DNA of 34,508 nt from Octopus bimaculoides (Eukaryota), in NCBI RefSeq assembly GCF_001194135.2, contig NC_068997.1, positions 43,337,840 through 43,372,347 of the forward strand, given 5' to 3'. A program made the position numbers and the translations under genes. Under the pieces are notes generated by a model. It was not told where the DNA came from and ran no database searches. It was given only the letters and a program-made list of their open reading frames with translations. Within the stretch, counting starts at the first letter, position 1, and every line of letters begins with the position of its first letter. Of the stretch, positions 1 to 10,650 are shown piece after piece.

Positions 1-42
<42 letters not shown>
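1..42. repeat. (TA)n microsatellite
   Basis: Perfect TA dinucleotide run at the window start. Confidence 0.98.
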
Positions 43-46
<4 letters not shown>

Positions 47-159
47 CAATGTATCATATATCTGAATAAGAAGCAGTGAATAAGGCAACCAACTAACTGT
101 AGCGTTTCTCTGCCATCTGTCTCTGTATAGAGTCTGAAGAGCTGTCCACAAGGCTATAT

Positions 160-492
160 TCTCTCAAGAAGACCTGTCTGCCACAGCACAGTTGATACCG
201 GTACTGGTTCCACATAAAAAGCACTGGTGCTGGTGCCACATAAAAAGAATCCAGTACACTCTGTGGAGTGGTTGGCATTAAGAAGGACATCTAGCCAGAG
301 AAACCACACCAGAACAGACAATTGAGCCTGGTGCAGCCCTTCATTTGGTTTAGTTTTTCATGCTCTTGTCTCCGTACATAATTGGCAATATAGACATAAC
401 TGTGAGTTCAAATACCTTCCTGGTTTCAAACCATCCAACCCATGACAGCATGAAAAAGAACATTAAATGATGATGATGATGATGATGATATA
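160..492 (+). mobile_element. 3' end of RTE-type LINE (family C), 5'-truncated, interrupted by an 89-bp templated insert
   Basis: ORF-end remnant LYSLKKTCLPQHS*, then ggttggcattaagaaggacatctagc...ccatccaacccatgacagcatg and a (GAT)n tail, matching the copies at 9669 and 20690. Confidence 0.8.
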
Positions 493-904
493 TGTTATGT
501 ATTCTGAGCATCTGTAAGCTGATCAATAATTAGATTGTAACAAAAGATAATATTCGAAAAAGACAATAATGGAGTAAGAATAGAGGAGTGAGGGGAAACA
601 ATGTATCTAAGATTAAATAAATGAAAAAAAAATCTTGTACAATACCAGAGAACTGATCCAATAAGATGCAGTGAATAAGGCAACCAATTATGTATGTATA
701 AATATATTCTTTGTGTGCTCTTTCCACTCCAAGGATGTTTACCAGTATTACTCAGTACATATTTCTACATTGATTGTTATTATTACTGTGCAGACCCTTT
801 TGTAATCCACATTCCCTAGAGTTTTCAATGTTATTGCTTCTTAGTCTGTTTTGTGCATGTGTGTAGTGTAAGCATGTATATACATACACATACATGCATA
901 CACA

Positions 905-905
905 A

Positions 906-974
<69 letters not shown>

Positions 975-978
975 TATA
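905..978. repeat. compound (CA)n(TA)n(CA)n microsatellite
   Basis: Direct inspection. Confidence 0.97.
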
Positions 979-1239
979 TTCAAAAACTATCTCTTTCAAC
1001 ATAGACAATATGTTAAGTTAAGAAATAAATTTTTTTTTTTTATATCGAGTTACCTATGACACTTGGGATTCCTCAAGGCAATGTAATTGAACTATTCCAT
1101 TGCTTTAAGTATAAATAACATATTGATAAATATATAAAAGAAGGGAAATTTAAGCTTTTATGTTGATGATATTAAAATGCAAATGAATTGATGAATTGTA
1201 AACATATTTTGGATGTAGACTTGTTTAAAAACAATTTTA

Positions 1240-1600
1240 GCTCACTTGAACTTTGGTCTACTTACTTGTTTAAAGCTCTTTCTCAACAAATGTTTCTATT
1301 GTTTTCGGGTTCTAAATATATTTTTACGTAATATCATTGCTTCTTCATTTAGGCTCATTGCCCTTGAGGGGAATACAGGGGTGGGGGTTATTGTTGACTT
1401 AAGCATATTTCTGACATTGTTAATTAAGTGTAGTTATATAAGTATTACCTTTCAAACACTCAAGAACAGAGATATTCAGTTTGTATGAAACATTATGATA
1501 CATTTTTCCTCATTTGGTTTAGTTTTTCATGCCCTTGTCTCCGTACATAATTGGCAATATAGACATACATGTGAGTTCAAATACCTTCCTGGTTTCAACA
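1240..1600 (-). pseudogene. highly decayed RTE-like RT C-terminal fragment
   Basis: The minus strand reads RKVFELTCMSILPIMYG, resembling the RTE motif RKVFNQCILPVLTYG. Further weak similarity to the RTE C-terminus follows. Many stops. Confidence 0.35.
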
Positions 1601-1689
1601 TTCTCACTTATAAACAACACTTAGAAAGCTGGATTATGTTTCTTTTTCCAACTGCTTTTCTTTTGTCAAATAGCAATCACCTTCTGCAA

Positions 1690-2265
1690 CCATGGCCGTG
1701 TGGTTAAGAAGCTTGCTTTACAACCACATGATTTCAGGTTCAGTCCTGCTCCTTGACACCTTGGACAAGTGTCTTTTACTATAGCGCTGGGCTGACCAAT
1801 GCCATTTGAGTGAATTTGGGAGATGGAAACTGTTCAGAAGCCTATTGTGTGTGTGTGTGTGTATATATGGGTGTGTATGTGTATATATATATATATATGT
1901 GTGTGTGTTTAAAAATAAACACTAAGGATTGGTTTGTTCAACTAAGCCAGTGGTTCTCAACCATTTTTTGCCTATGAACCCCTTTGATTCTTATTTCATT
2001 CAGATGGACCCTCATAGCCATTTGATGTTATAAAAACCCTATTATATTTTTACTATTAAATATCATTAGGAATTATATAAAAAAAGTTGTTAAATATTTT
2101 GTGTATTGTAGAAATATAACGAATTTATTGCACATAAATTTTAACAGCAAAATCTAATATGAGTCCTCAATGGCTGCATGGCCCCCCAGTTGAGAACCAC
2201 TGAACCTTCAAGACGGTACCCCAGCATGGCCACAGTCTAATAACTGAAACAAGTAAAAGATAAAA
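1690..2265 (+). mobile_element. tRNA-derived CORE-like SINE (family A), interrupted by a MITE
   Basis: Head tggccgtgtggttaag...caggttcagtcc, CORE-like accttggacaagtgtctt, tail ccccagcatggccacagtctaataactgaaacaagtaaaag. Confidence 0.85.
1948..2202. mobile_element. hAT (Charlie-type) MITE
   Basis: Perfect 14-bp TIRs CAGTGGTTCTCAAC (1948-1961) and GTTGAGAACCACTG (2189-2202), typical of hAT-Charlie ends. Non-coding interior, nested in SINE A. The 8-bp TSD is not recognisable. Confidence 0.85.
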
Positions 2266-2691
2266 ATTTAAATTGGTATGTTCACTCACCACAAACCAAT
2301 CCTTCTTATGTCATAAATCTATGGAACTTGCTTTTTGGTTGATGAAATTTTAGATAACAGAAATAACCAAAGTTAATAATTCATTAAGGCAAATAAATGT
2401 GAATACTTAGATTTAATGGTATGTTGAAGCATTTTATCAATTCACATTTGCACCTGTCCTGTGCTATTTTCATGCAAATTTTCTGATACATATATTCATT
2501 TACTTTAGGTTGTTTTTTTATCTTTTGGTGTGGGTTTTATTTTTACTGTTATATTTTGTGTTTTTTCATTATTTTATTTGAATATTTCAATTCATTATTG
2601 ATGGTGTTATTAGAAACCATTAATATTTGCCTGCCACTTCCCTGAGTTTCTGTTTATATTTTTTTCTCTCTTTCTCTTATCATCAATTCAG

Positions 2692-2867
2692 TTTGGCTGT
2701 GTGGTTTAAGAAGTTTATTTCCCAACAATGCGATTTCGGGTTCACTCCCACTATGTGGCACTTTGGACAAGTGTCTTCAGCCCCAGGTCAACCAGAGACT
2801 TTGTGAGTGGATTTGGTAGACAGAAACTGAAAGATGTTTGCCGTGTGTGTGTGTGTGTGTGTGTGTG
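2692..2867 (+). mobile_element. SINE family A, 5' half
   Basis: tggctgtgtggtttaag...gggttcactcccactatgtggcactttggacaagtgtctt...gagtggatttggtagacagaaactgaaag followed by (TG)n. Confidence 0.85.
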
Positions 2868-3084
2868 TTTACATTAATCTCATTTATGTTTGTGTTCACT
2901 TGTTGATTGCAGACAATGGCTTCACGAATGGTGTAGTTTGCTTGCATGCAGTCCATTGAGAAAGCATGTCTTGGCTTTTTGACATGACTTCAAAACGTTG
3001 TGCAGTCTTTGTAAGCAAAGGACTTTCATACAGTGTTTGGGTTGTTTGTTGTTTAATTAACAGAGAGATTGTTACTTCACTTGT

Positions 3085-3195
3085 TTCCAAGTGAGGGTTG
3101 GTAACAGGAAGGGCATCCAGCTTTAGAATACTCTTCCCCAATCTACTCTCATTAGACCTATGCAAGCATGGAAAAGTAGACCTTAAAATATTAAT
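3085..3195 (+). mobile_element. family C (RTE tail) fragment
   Basis: gggttggtaacaggaagggcatccagc...gcaagcatggaaaagtagac. Confidence 0.7.
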
Positions 3196-3357
3196 GCAGT
3201 TAGCAATAAATGTGTGTGTGTGTTGTCTTGAGAGTTCAGACCATGAGTTCTAAAGAGGACAAATTTGGTTCCAAGTCAAATAAAATTACCCTCCCTAATT
3301 AAAGACAACGATTTAAGGTGGAATTTATTAAACTTATATAAAAATGTGAAGTTTAAT

Positions 3358-3790
3358 ATTGATTTCAAATTTTGTCACAAGGCCAGCAATTTTGGGGTTG
3401 GGGGTAAATTGATTACATTGATCCCAGTGTCCAACTGGTACTTATTTTATTGGCCCCAAAGTCAACCTTGGTGGAATTTGAACACACAATGTAAAGGCAG
3501 ATGAAAAGCTGCTAAGCATTTTGCCCAACATGCTAATGATTCTGCCAGCGTGCCACCTTAGATGTGAAGTTTAATATTGATTTCAAATTTTGGCGCAGGT
3601 CCAGAAAGTTTGGGAGGGGATAAATGGATTGCATTGATTCCAGTGCTCAATTGGTGCTTATTTTATCGACTTTGAAAGGATGAAAGATAAAGTCAACTTT
3701 GGCGGAATTTCAACTCAGAACGTAAAGACAGACGAAATGCCACTAAGCATTTTTCCCAGCATGCTAACAATTCTACCAGCTCACCCCCTT
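3358..3790 (-). mobile_element. two tandem copies of SINE family B
   Basis: Two units (about 3358-3560 and 3575-3790), each with ttcaaattttg..caagg, gattacattgat.ccagtg, ggtacttattttat, aagtcaac.ttgg.ggaattt and ctaagcatttt.ccca.catgctaa. Confidence 0.85.
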
Positions 3791-3795
3791 AGATG

Positions 3796-4230
3796 TCATC
3801 ATCATCATCATCATCGTTTAACGTCTGCTTTCCATGCTAGCATGGGTTGGACGATTTGACTGAGGGCTGGTGAACCAGGTGGCTACACCAGGCTCCAGTC
3901 TGATTTGGCAGAGTTTCTACAGCTGGATGCCCTTCCTAACGCCAACCACTCCGAGAGTGTAGTGGGTGCTTTTACATGCCNNNNNNNNNNCTCCAGTCTG
4001 ATTTGGCAGAGTTTCTACAGCTGGATGCCCTTCCTAACGCCAACCACTCCGAGAGTGTAGTGGGTGCTTTTACATGCCACCGGCACGAAGGCCAGTCAGG
4101 TGGTACTGGCAACGGCCACGCCCAAAATGGTGTATTTTACATGCCACCTGCACAGGAGCCAGTCTAGTGGCACTGGCACGATCTCGCTCGAATGTCTTTA
4201 CACATACCACCGGCACAAGTGCCAGGAAGG
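3796..4230 (-). mobile_element. family C (RTE 3' end), young copy spanning an assembly gap
   Basis: (CAT)n tail, gtttaacgtctgctttccatgctagcatgggttggacg, ctggatgcccttcctaacgccaacc; CpGs retained. Confidence 0.88.
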
Positions 4231-4933
4231 CGACGCTGGGCTAAAACCAATAGTTTTCAGAATGAATTAAAAGAATACCTACACTCCTTCCATTAACTTT
4301 TTCATGAAAGAAGGCAAAACAAAAAAGCCATATATGAAACTAATGGACTTATCAAATTGTTATTAAACAATATAAGAAAACTAGTCCTGGAACTAGTCCT
4401 ACCTCAACTAATGCAAACTGCACTTGACAGTTAACAATCACAAAGAAAATTAGTGGAGCCCACAGGCTGAACAACTGAGGTATGTCTTATATCCTATGAA
4501 CGCTTAAGTATTGATATAGATTCTGGTTATTTACAGTTAAATCTTCATTACTAAGTACTTTTTTCTTCCATTCGTTACTACTAATGTGTGTGTAAAATTA
4601 CTTCAGAAAACCCATCCCACCCATGCCAGCATTGGAAAAGCAGACGTAAAGCAGGTTTTTACGACTGGATGCGCTTCGTGTCACCAACCCTCTTACTTCT
4701 CACACTGCAGGGGTGCAGTGTGCCTATTCTTAGACTTTTTAAACTGGGGGACACAAAGTGTGTGTGTGTGTGTGTGTGGCTTTTTCTCACTTTTATATAA
4801 TAGAACTTGTAATGTGCTCTATCAACTCACGCGTTGAGTCAGTGAGGAACCCTATATGAGGAACAGTTCAACGTGTTAGAAATAGTAACCAAATGTCCTT
4901 TGACTCACATGCTATCACTCACGTTGGGTATTA

Positions 4934-5256
4934 TCCTTTCATCTTTTACTTGTTTCACTCACAAGACTGTTGCCATGATGGGATACCGCCTCGAAGGGTT
5001 CACCCCCATTGTGTAGCACTTCGGGCAACTACCCCGGTACTTAGTCTATCGGTTTTTTTTAGCCGAAGTGTTAAGTTACGAGGATGTAAACAAATTAACA
5101 CCGGTTGTTAAGCGGTGCGGACACACACACAATGGACTTTCACAGATTCCGTCTACTAATTTCACTCAAGACAATCGTTGGCTGAGAGCTTTAGTAGAAG
5201 ACACTTACCCGAAGTAATGCGCAGTGGGACTGAACCTGAAAACCACATGCACAGCC
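4934..5256 (-). mobile_element. SINE family A, diverged but CpG-retaining copy
   Basis: The reverse complement matches the 19486 copy from head (ggctgtgcatgtgg...ggttcagtcccactgcg) to tail (gaaacaagtaaaag). Confidence 0.85.
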
Positions 5257-5325
5257 AGCTTCGTCCTTGGTCAGAAGTCAAATCGATCGGATTGACCTGA
5301 GTTGCTATTACTATTAATACTAACC

Positions 5326-5510
5326 TGTATGTAGTTGAGCGACCTGCTAGAAATAGCAGCCAAAACACCATCAAATCTCACTCTGCTGACTTCGGAAAGA
5401 AAGGGTACATTGGATTATGTGGTCTTTCATATTCCTTAAAAGAGATGATATTCATGGCTGGAATCCCTTTAACCATAGGTCTGCTAAATCAGAGCTGACC
5501 TGCTCTTACA
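5326..5510 (+). repeat. interspersed repeat family F (SINE- or LINE-tail-like)
   Basis: cctgctagaaatagcagccaaa...catggctggaatccctttaaccataggtctgctaaatcagagctgacc. Related pieces lie near 6465, 7130, 7560-7890, 11500, 16095, 20360, 22030 and 28905. Confidence 0.65.
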
Positions 5511-5599
5511 CACACACACACCTGGCTAAAAAATTACTAGAGCAATATATTTACTGGAACAGTATCTGGTGTTAGAGAGGAAAACGTGTGAATATTTGA

Positions 5600-6400
5600 A
5601 TGGTGCATATATATGTAGAAAGAGAAAAAGGTGGGTGGAGGCCAGGCGGAATAGATTTTTCAGTTTGTGAAACAGTTCATATTGTTATCGATTTTGACAG
5701 TCGATGAATGTGAAAGGTTTGTTAGTTTTTCTTTGCTTTTGTTCTGTTGTAACCCAGACAAGCCGTTAAACTGGCAGTCAAACTCAATTAAGCTACAGAC
5801 ACGTTCTCCTCTTTTTACTCAGGTCTCACTTGATGTGAGGCTAAACGCTACATCGAATTCTTGAATGTAGTGCTATGGGTGGCAACTCCCGCTATTTCCC
5901 CTTTCCGTGTATTCTAGAAAATAATAATAACAATAATGCGACCGAGATTAAAACTGCGCGCGAGTGTGTGTTCGATCGTGTGTGCGGGAGTGTGTGTGTG
6001 TGTGTTCAACGGTTGGGTCAGTTCTGGTGATCAATTTTTGGTTTGCTTCTTCAACAACTTCATTATTATCATTATTGTCTTCGTAGTCGTCGCCTTCCTA
6101 TTCATGGCAGATTGATCGATCTGTTGATTGATTGCATTACACAACTTTTTTTACACACTCACACATACACGTGTGCGCTCTCTCTCTCTCTCATCGAATC
6201 TCTGACATCCACTCATACAGTTCTCCCTCTCTCCCCATATTCTATATCTTCCTATAGGTATTACCTAGTAGCTGTAGTAGCACTGGTTGGTTGTAGTGAG
6301 GGTGTTATTCATAGTAGGCTTGTTGGTGGTTATAACGGTTTGTTACTGCTTTGTTAATGTTATAAGATCGAGTAAAATCTATGATTAAAAGACATCACAT
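5600..6400 (+). promoter_or_regulatory. CpG-retaining promoter-like region with a candidate Inr (TCAGTT at 6018-6023)
   Basis: 17 CpG counted in 5881-6180 versus 1 in 10321-10620. Non-repeat sequence followed by a UTR-like low-complexity stretch. The strand rests only on the Inr match. Confidence 0.45.
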
Positions 6401-6996
6401 ATATGACTATCCTGTCATTTTTTTTTTCAACTACACAGTACCTAAGACTATTCATGGCTGTGATTTTATGGAGATTTGGCTGCTATTCTGCTAGGCTGTG
6501 ATCAACAACCTGTGATCCCATCGTTGTTATTTAGCCTCAGGTATGCCTTGACCGACCACAATTTCTTTGGCTCAAACCGAAGAACCTTTAAAATTTAGGT
6601 ATCAAACCGGGATAACTTTCAAATGAATAAAGGGGGTGGATTTCAAATTAAAGGTATTATAGGTACAGATATTTCTATATAAAATAAAAACTTTTATAAT
6701 CGACTTCGCAGATACACACCATTTTTAAGTGTGTTATTTAAGATTTTATGTAATTATACGATTAATTTCATCGAAAATTTCGATTTCATCTTGAAAACCT
6801 TTTGTGTGCATATATATGTTTTGCATTTATGCGTTCGTGGTAAGATGTGTACACGTACACAGCTTTGAGAGAATATTGTTGACTATACCATGTAAAAAGC
6901 CGTTACATAGACACAAGCTTTCAGCTATATAAGATTGATAGGGAGGTGAACGCGATTATACACACACCCATCTACAGATTCTCTTTCTCTCTCTCG

Positions 6997-7070
6997 CTCC
7001 CCCTCTCTCTTCTCCCCCTCTCTCTTCTCCCCCTCTCTCTTCTCCCCCTCTCTCTTCTCCCCCTCTCTCT
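6997..7070. repeat. 15-bp polypyrimidine minisatellite (CCCCCTCTCTCTTCT), about 5 copies
   Basis: C5 tracts start at 6999, 7014, 7029, 7044 and 7059. Confidence 0.95.
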
Positions 7071-8089
7071 CTCTATCTATCTCTATGGTATCAGAGTGAT
7101 TGTTACTAGCCTGGATGTCTATGTACTTTTCAAAGAAAGATGGAAGCAACATGACCGGATTTCTTTTGATCATAGGTTTGCTCGGCTAGGCCAACAACAA
7201 GCAAATTTTTGCGCATATCTTCAGCAAAAATATTACACGGAACACTAGTGTTCAGTTCAGCTATTTCCCTGCATCTTTCACTCTTTGACTATTATTAGAT
7301 ATGCTACGCAATGAACTACTCTCGCAAGGTCTAACTTACAACCTTTGTTGTGACAATAGTCTACTTGTGATGTCTTCCTTGCAGGTGGAACCAATTCGTA
7401 CCAAAATCTTCTACGGCTTCAATATTATGCTTGTCAGTAATTAAATGTATCTTACACACAAAATCATCAAGTGGCGTTTAGCAGATTGGAAGTAAATTCT
7501 CACCTGGATAGGATGCTACTCTGTCACAATACTCCTATAAAATCTCAAACCTATTTATAACAACTATTACAGGCCAATCTGACTGAGCAAATCAAAAACA
7601 TTCCCTTCCATTTTTCTTCTAGATAGTGTATCGAGGACCACACTGTTTACTGTGCACCTTTTTTAAAGCAGTAATGTGGAAATAGAAGGCAATTTGGCTG
7701 CTCTTTCTAGTAAGGCAGTTGGTTACATAAGAGCTTTCTCATTGTAATCATTAAGATGGTTGTTTGTCTTCCGTTCTGATTGAGTGCCTAGTCATGACTA
7801 CCCATTCTTTTTAAGGTTCCTTAGGACTACATCATTCTATATATCCTTTGTTGAAGATGCTTTGTTGTGATTTAAGGGAGATTTCTGTATCAATTGTATG
7901 TTCATACAATTAAGAAATTTGCCTTGCAATTGTGGTATTCTGGGTTTGGTCCTACAACACAGAACCTTGTTCAAGTTTCTTCTACTTTAACCTTGGGTTG
8001 GTCAAAACCTCTAAGTAAAATTATGGGAACTACAAAAGCCCACATTACACATGCACACATACTCATATGAGTGGGTGTGTGGTAGAATC

Positions 8090-8260
8090 AGTAGTGTTGT
8101 ACAGAATACTTTGTGACAGTTATAATCCTATATATTCTGAATTTAAATTGTGCTCGGGTCACCTTTGTGTTTCCTCTTTTGAAGTTAACGTAGTTATTGG
8201 AGAAAGTGCTGGGGTGGTGGAAGGGAAGTCACTGTAATTGATTAAAATTTTTGTGTTTCC
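8090..8260 (+). mobile_element. SINE family B, degenerate
   Basis: ggtagaatcagtag...ttctgaatttaaatt.tgctcgggtcacctttgtgtttcctc. Confidence 0.6.
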
Positions 8261-8345
8261 CCAGCATGATTGCAGTCCAATAATTGAAACTAATAAAAAG
8301 AACAAAATATGTTCCATGAAATATGTGTACCATTGTGGCTTGAAA

Positions 8346-8565
8346 TATTGGTTTCAAATTTTGGCTCAAGGCCAGCACCTTCAAGGGAAGGGGTAAATCG
8401 ATTACATTGATCCTAGCACTTAACTGGTATTCATTTTACCAACTTTGAAAGGATGAAAGGTAAAGTCGACCTCAGCAGAATTTGAATTTGGAACGTAAAG
8501 ATGGACGAAATGCCACTTAGCATTTTGCCCAGTGTGCTTACGATTCTGCCAGCTCGCCACCTTAA
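8346..8565 (-). mobile_element. SINE family B, near full length
   Basis: ttggtttcaaattttggctcaaggccagc...ggatgaaaggtaaagtcgacctc...gattctgccagctcgccacctt. Confidence 0.88.
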
Positions 8566-8676
8566 TTTGCGGCTTGAAATATTGGTAATACTAAGGATGT
8601 GGCAGAATTGGTATATTGCAAAGAAACTGCTTTGCAGTATATAGTAAAAGGTTTTAACATTTGTGGTCAAATTCTA

Positions 8677-8694
8677 CCCTAACCCTAACCCTAA
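8677..8694. repeat. (CCCTAA)3 telomere-like triplet, interstitial
   Basis: ccctaaccctaaccctaa seen directly. Confidence 0.8.
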
Positions 8695-9477
8695 TAAAAT
8701 AAAGTGCCAGGGTCAATTTATTCAGCATTACCATTACTCCCAAATTAGAGGCCTTGTACAAACGTCATAAATCAATATTAAGCTCATTAATATGATGTGC
8801 ACAGTTGTATTTAACGAAGTGTAAAGGTTGCTTCTGAATCACATCCACCTACGCAGACACCCACCCCTAATGGCTCTATCTATTCGTTATTTTTTTTTCT
8901 TTTTGCATTTTTGTTTAATATTGATATCTCAGTGGTATTTGTTTTGTATTACATACAGAAATAGATTCTATATCTTTGTGTTCCTGTGTGTGTATTTCTG
9001 TTTGTTTCTTTGTGGAAACTACATATGTCAGTAAGGATTCTAAAAATAGTCGGCTTTTGATAATTTATTTATTGACTTAGTTGCTTTCTCTTTTATTTTA
9101 TATTTTGCTGGAAAGCAAAAGTTTGTTTAGATTAGTAAATATAAACATGTTTTGTAAACAAAGTTTATTTAAAGGTTTGGGAGACAGGATTTTTAATTTG
9201 TCATTTACTGTTAGTGTTGTTGTTGCTGTCATTTGAAACGGGATTCTTAGATTTAATTATGCCACATTCCTGCCAATAAATACAGTTAATTTCATTCCAC
9301 TGGTAGCTCCCATATCATAAAATAGCTAAACTACATTGCAGAGACTAGCCTTCCTCTTCAGGACCAGGAAATACTTAAGCACTGATGTGTTTCTAATGTC
9401 TACAAAAGCTCCTGTGAAACCCACAAAGGAATATCACTTCTATGTCACTACTGTCAATATTCTTATGTACTAATAGG

Positions 9478-9665
9478 TGCTGGAGTGACTGTGTGGTTAA
9501 GATGTTTGCTTCCCAATTGTCATGGTTCCAGGTTCACCCCCTCCCCTTGTGGCAACTTGGTCAAGTATTTTCTGCTATAGCCCTAAGCCAACCAAGACCT
9601 TTGCAAGTAGATTTGGTTGATGAAAATTATATGAAGTCTGTTGTGTGTATATATATATATATATA
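9478..9665 (+). mobile_element. SINE family A, 5' half
   Basis: ggagtgactgtgtggttaag...caggttcaccc...aacttggtcaagtattttctgctatagcc, then (TA)n. Confidence 0.8.
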
Positions 9666-9668
9666 TAC

Positions 9669-9957
9669 GTTACCAGTGCCCCTGGACTGGCTCTTGTGCG
9701 GGTGGCACATAAAATACACCATTTTGAGCGTGGCCGTTGCCAGTACCGCCTGACTGGCCTTCGTGCTGGTGGCACATAAAAGCACCCACTACACTCTCTG
9801 AGTGGTTGGCGCTAGGAAGGGCATCCAGCTGTAGAAACTCTGCTAAATCAGATTGGAGCCTGGTGTAGTCATCTGATTTCACCAGTCCTCAGTCAAATCG
9901 TCCAACCCATGCTAGCATGGAAAGTGGACGTTAAACGACGATGATGATGATGATGAT
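9669..9957 (+). mobile_element. family C (RTE 3' end)
   Basis: Internal ggtggcacataaaa subrepeats, ggttggcgctaggaagggcatccagctgtagaaac, (GAT)n tail. Confidence 0.88.
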
Positions 9958-10499
9958 ATACACACATATACATATATGTATTATTTATTCACCGTTACAC
10001 ATGTTTCATTTGCTAATAGGAATTACAAAGTTTTACATGTTAGAGAGACATGTAAGGAATTTATATATATTTGTTTATATGTATGTCTGTGTGTGTATGT
10101 TTGTGTCTCCTTGTTTTGACATAGTAATAGTTGTAAATGAATGTCACTGTCATACAAGCAATGTCATTTATTTCTTGTGTTCTGCAAAAGCATGTCCAGC
10201 CATAGGGAAATATTATTTTGCTTAGCAACATGTAGAGCATCCAACCACAGAAAGTATATCCCAATCAGTTCCATCCAACCCATGAAAGTATGAAAAAGCG
10301 GATGTTAAAATAACGAGGACTTGAGACTGAATCCAAAACAAAAACCACCTGACTAATTGGTAAAAACCCACTAACACACCACATTCTCTTGTCTACAGGC
10401 CATGTCTCTTAATTTTACCAATTCTATCACTACTAAAATGTCCTCATTTTTGATCTTGCTTGTTGTATAACACAACATGCTTATTACTGATCCTCACAT

Positions 10500-10650
10500 C
10501 ACTCCTATGTTTCATCCACCCCACCACCCTTCCAAGCCACTGCATCCAATCTTTCTCCCTCAGCATGCCAACCTGCTGGAATTCTCTTCCTGTTTATGTT
10601 TTTCCTGCACGCATCAACTTTACACTTGTTCTCACTGTACATAAGTTGTA
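10500..10650 (+). pseudogene. CR1-like LINE ORF2 C-terminal remnant
   Basis: Translates HCIQSFSLSMPTCWNSLPVYVFPARIN, resembling the CR1-group terminal motif SFFPRT..LWNSLP..VFP. Confidence 0.55.

Noticed and set aside
2896-3165. Acceptor-like ttgattgcag and an 89-aa minus-strand ORF
   Set aside because: Runs into a family C tail, no recognisable protein, no matching donor; probably repeat-derived.
3893-4078. Exact 88-bp duplication (3893-3980 and 3991-4078)
   Set aside because: Identical copies sit on either side of a 10-N gap; typical contig-end overlap artefact.
7385-7435. Possible small exon after cttccttgcag
   Set aside because: Weak donor, no recognisable peptide, and adjacent to repeat fragments.
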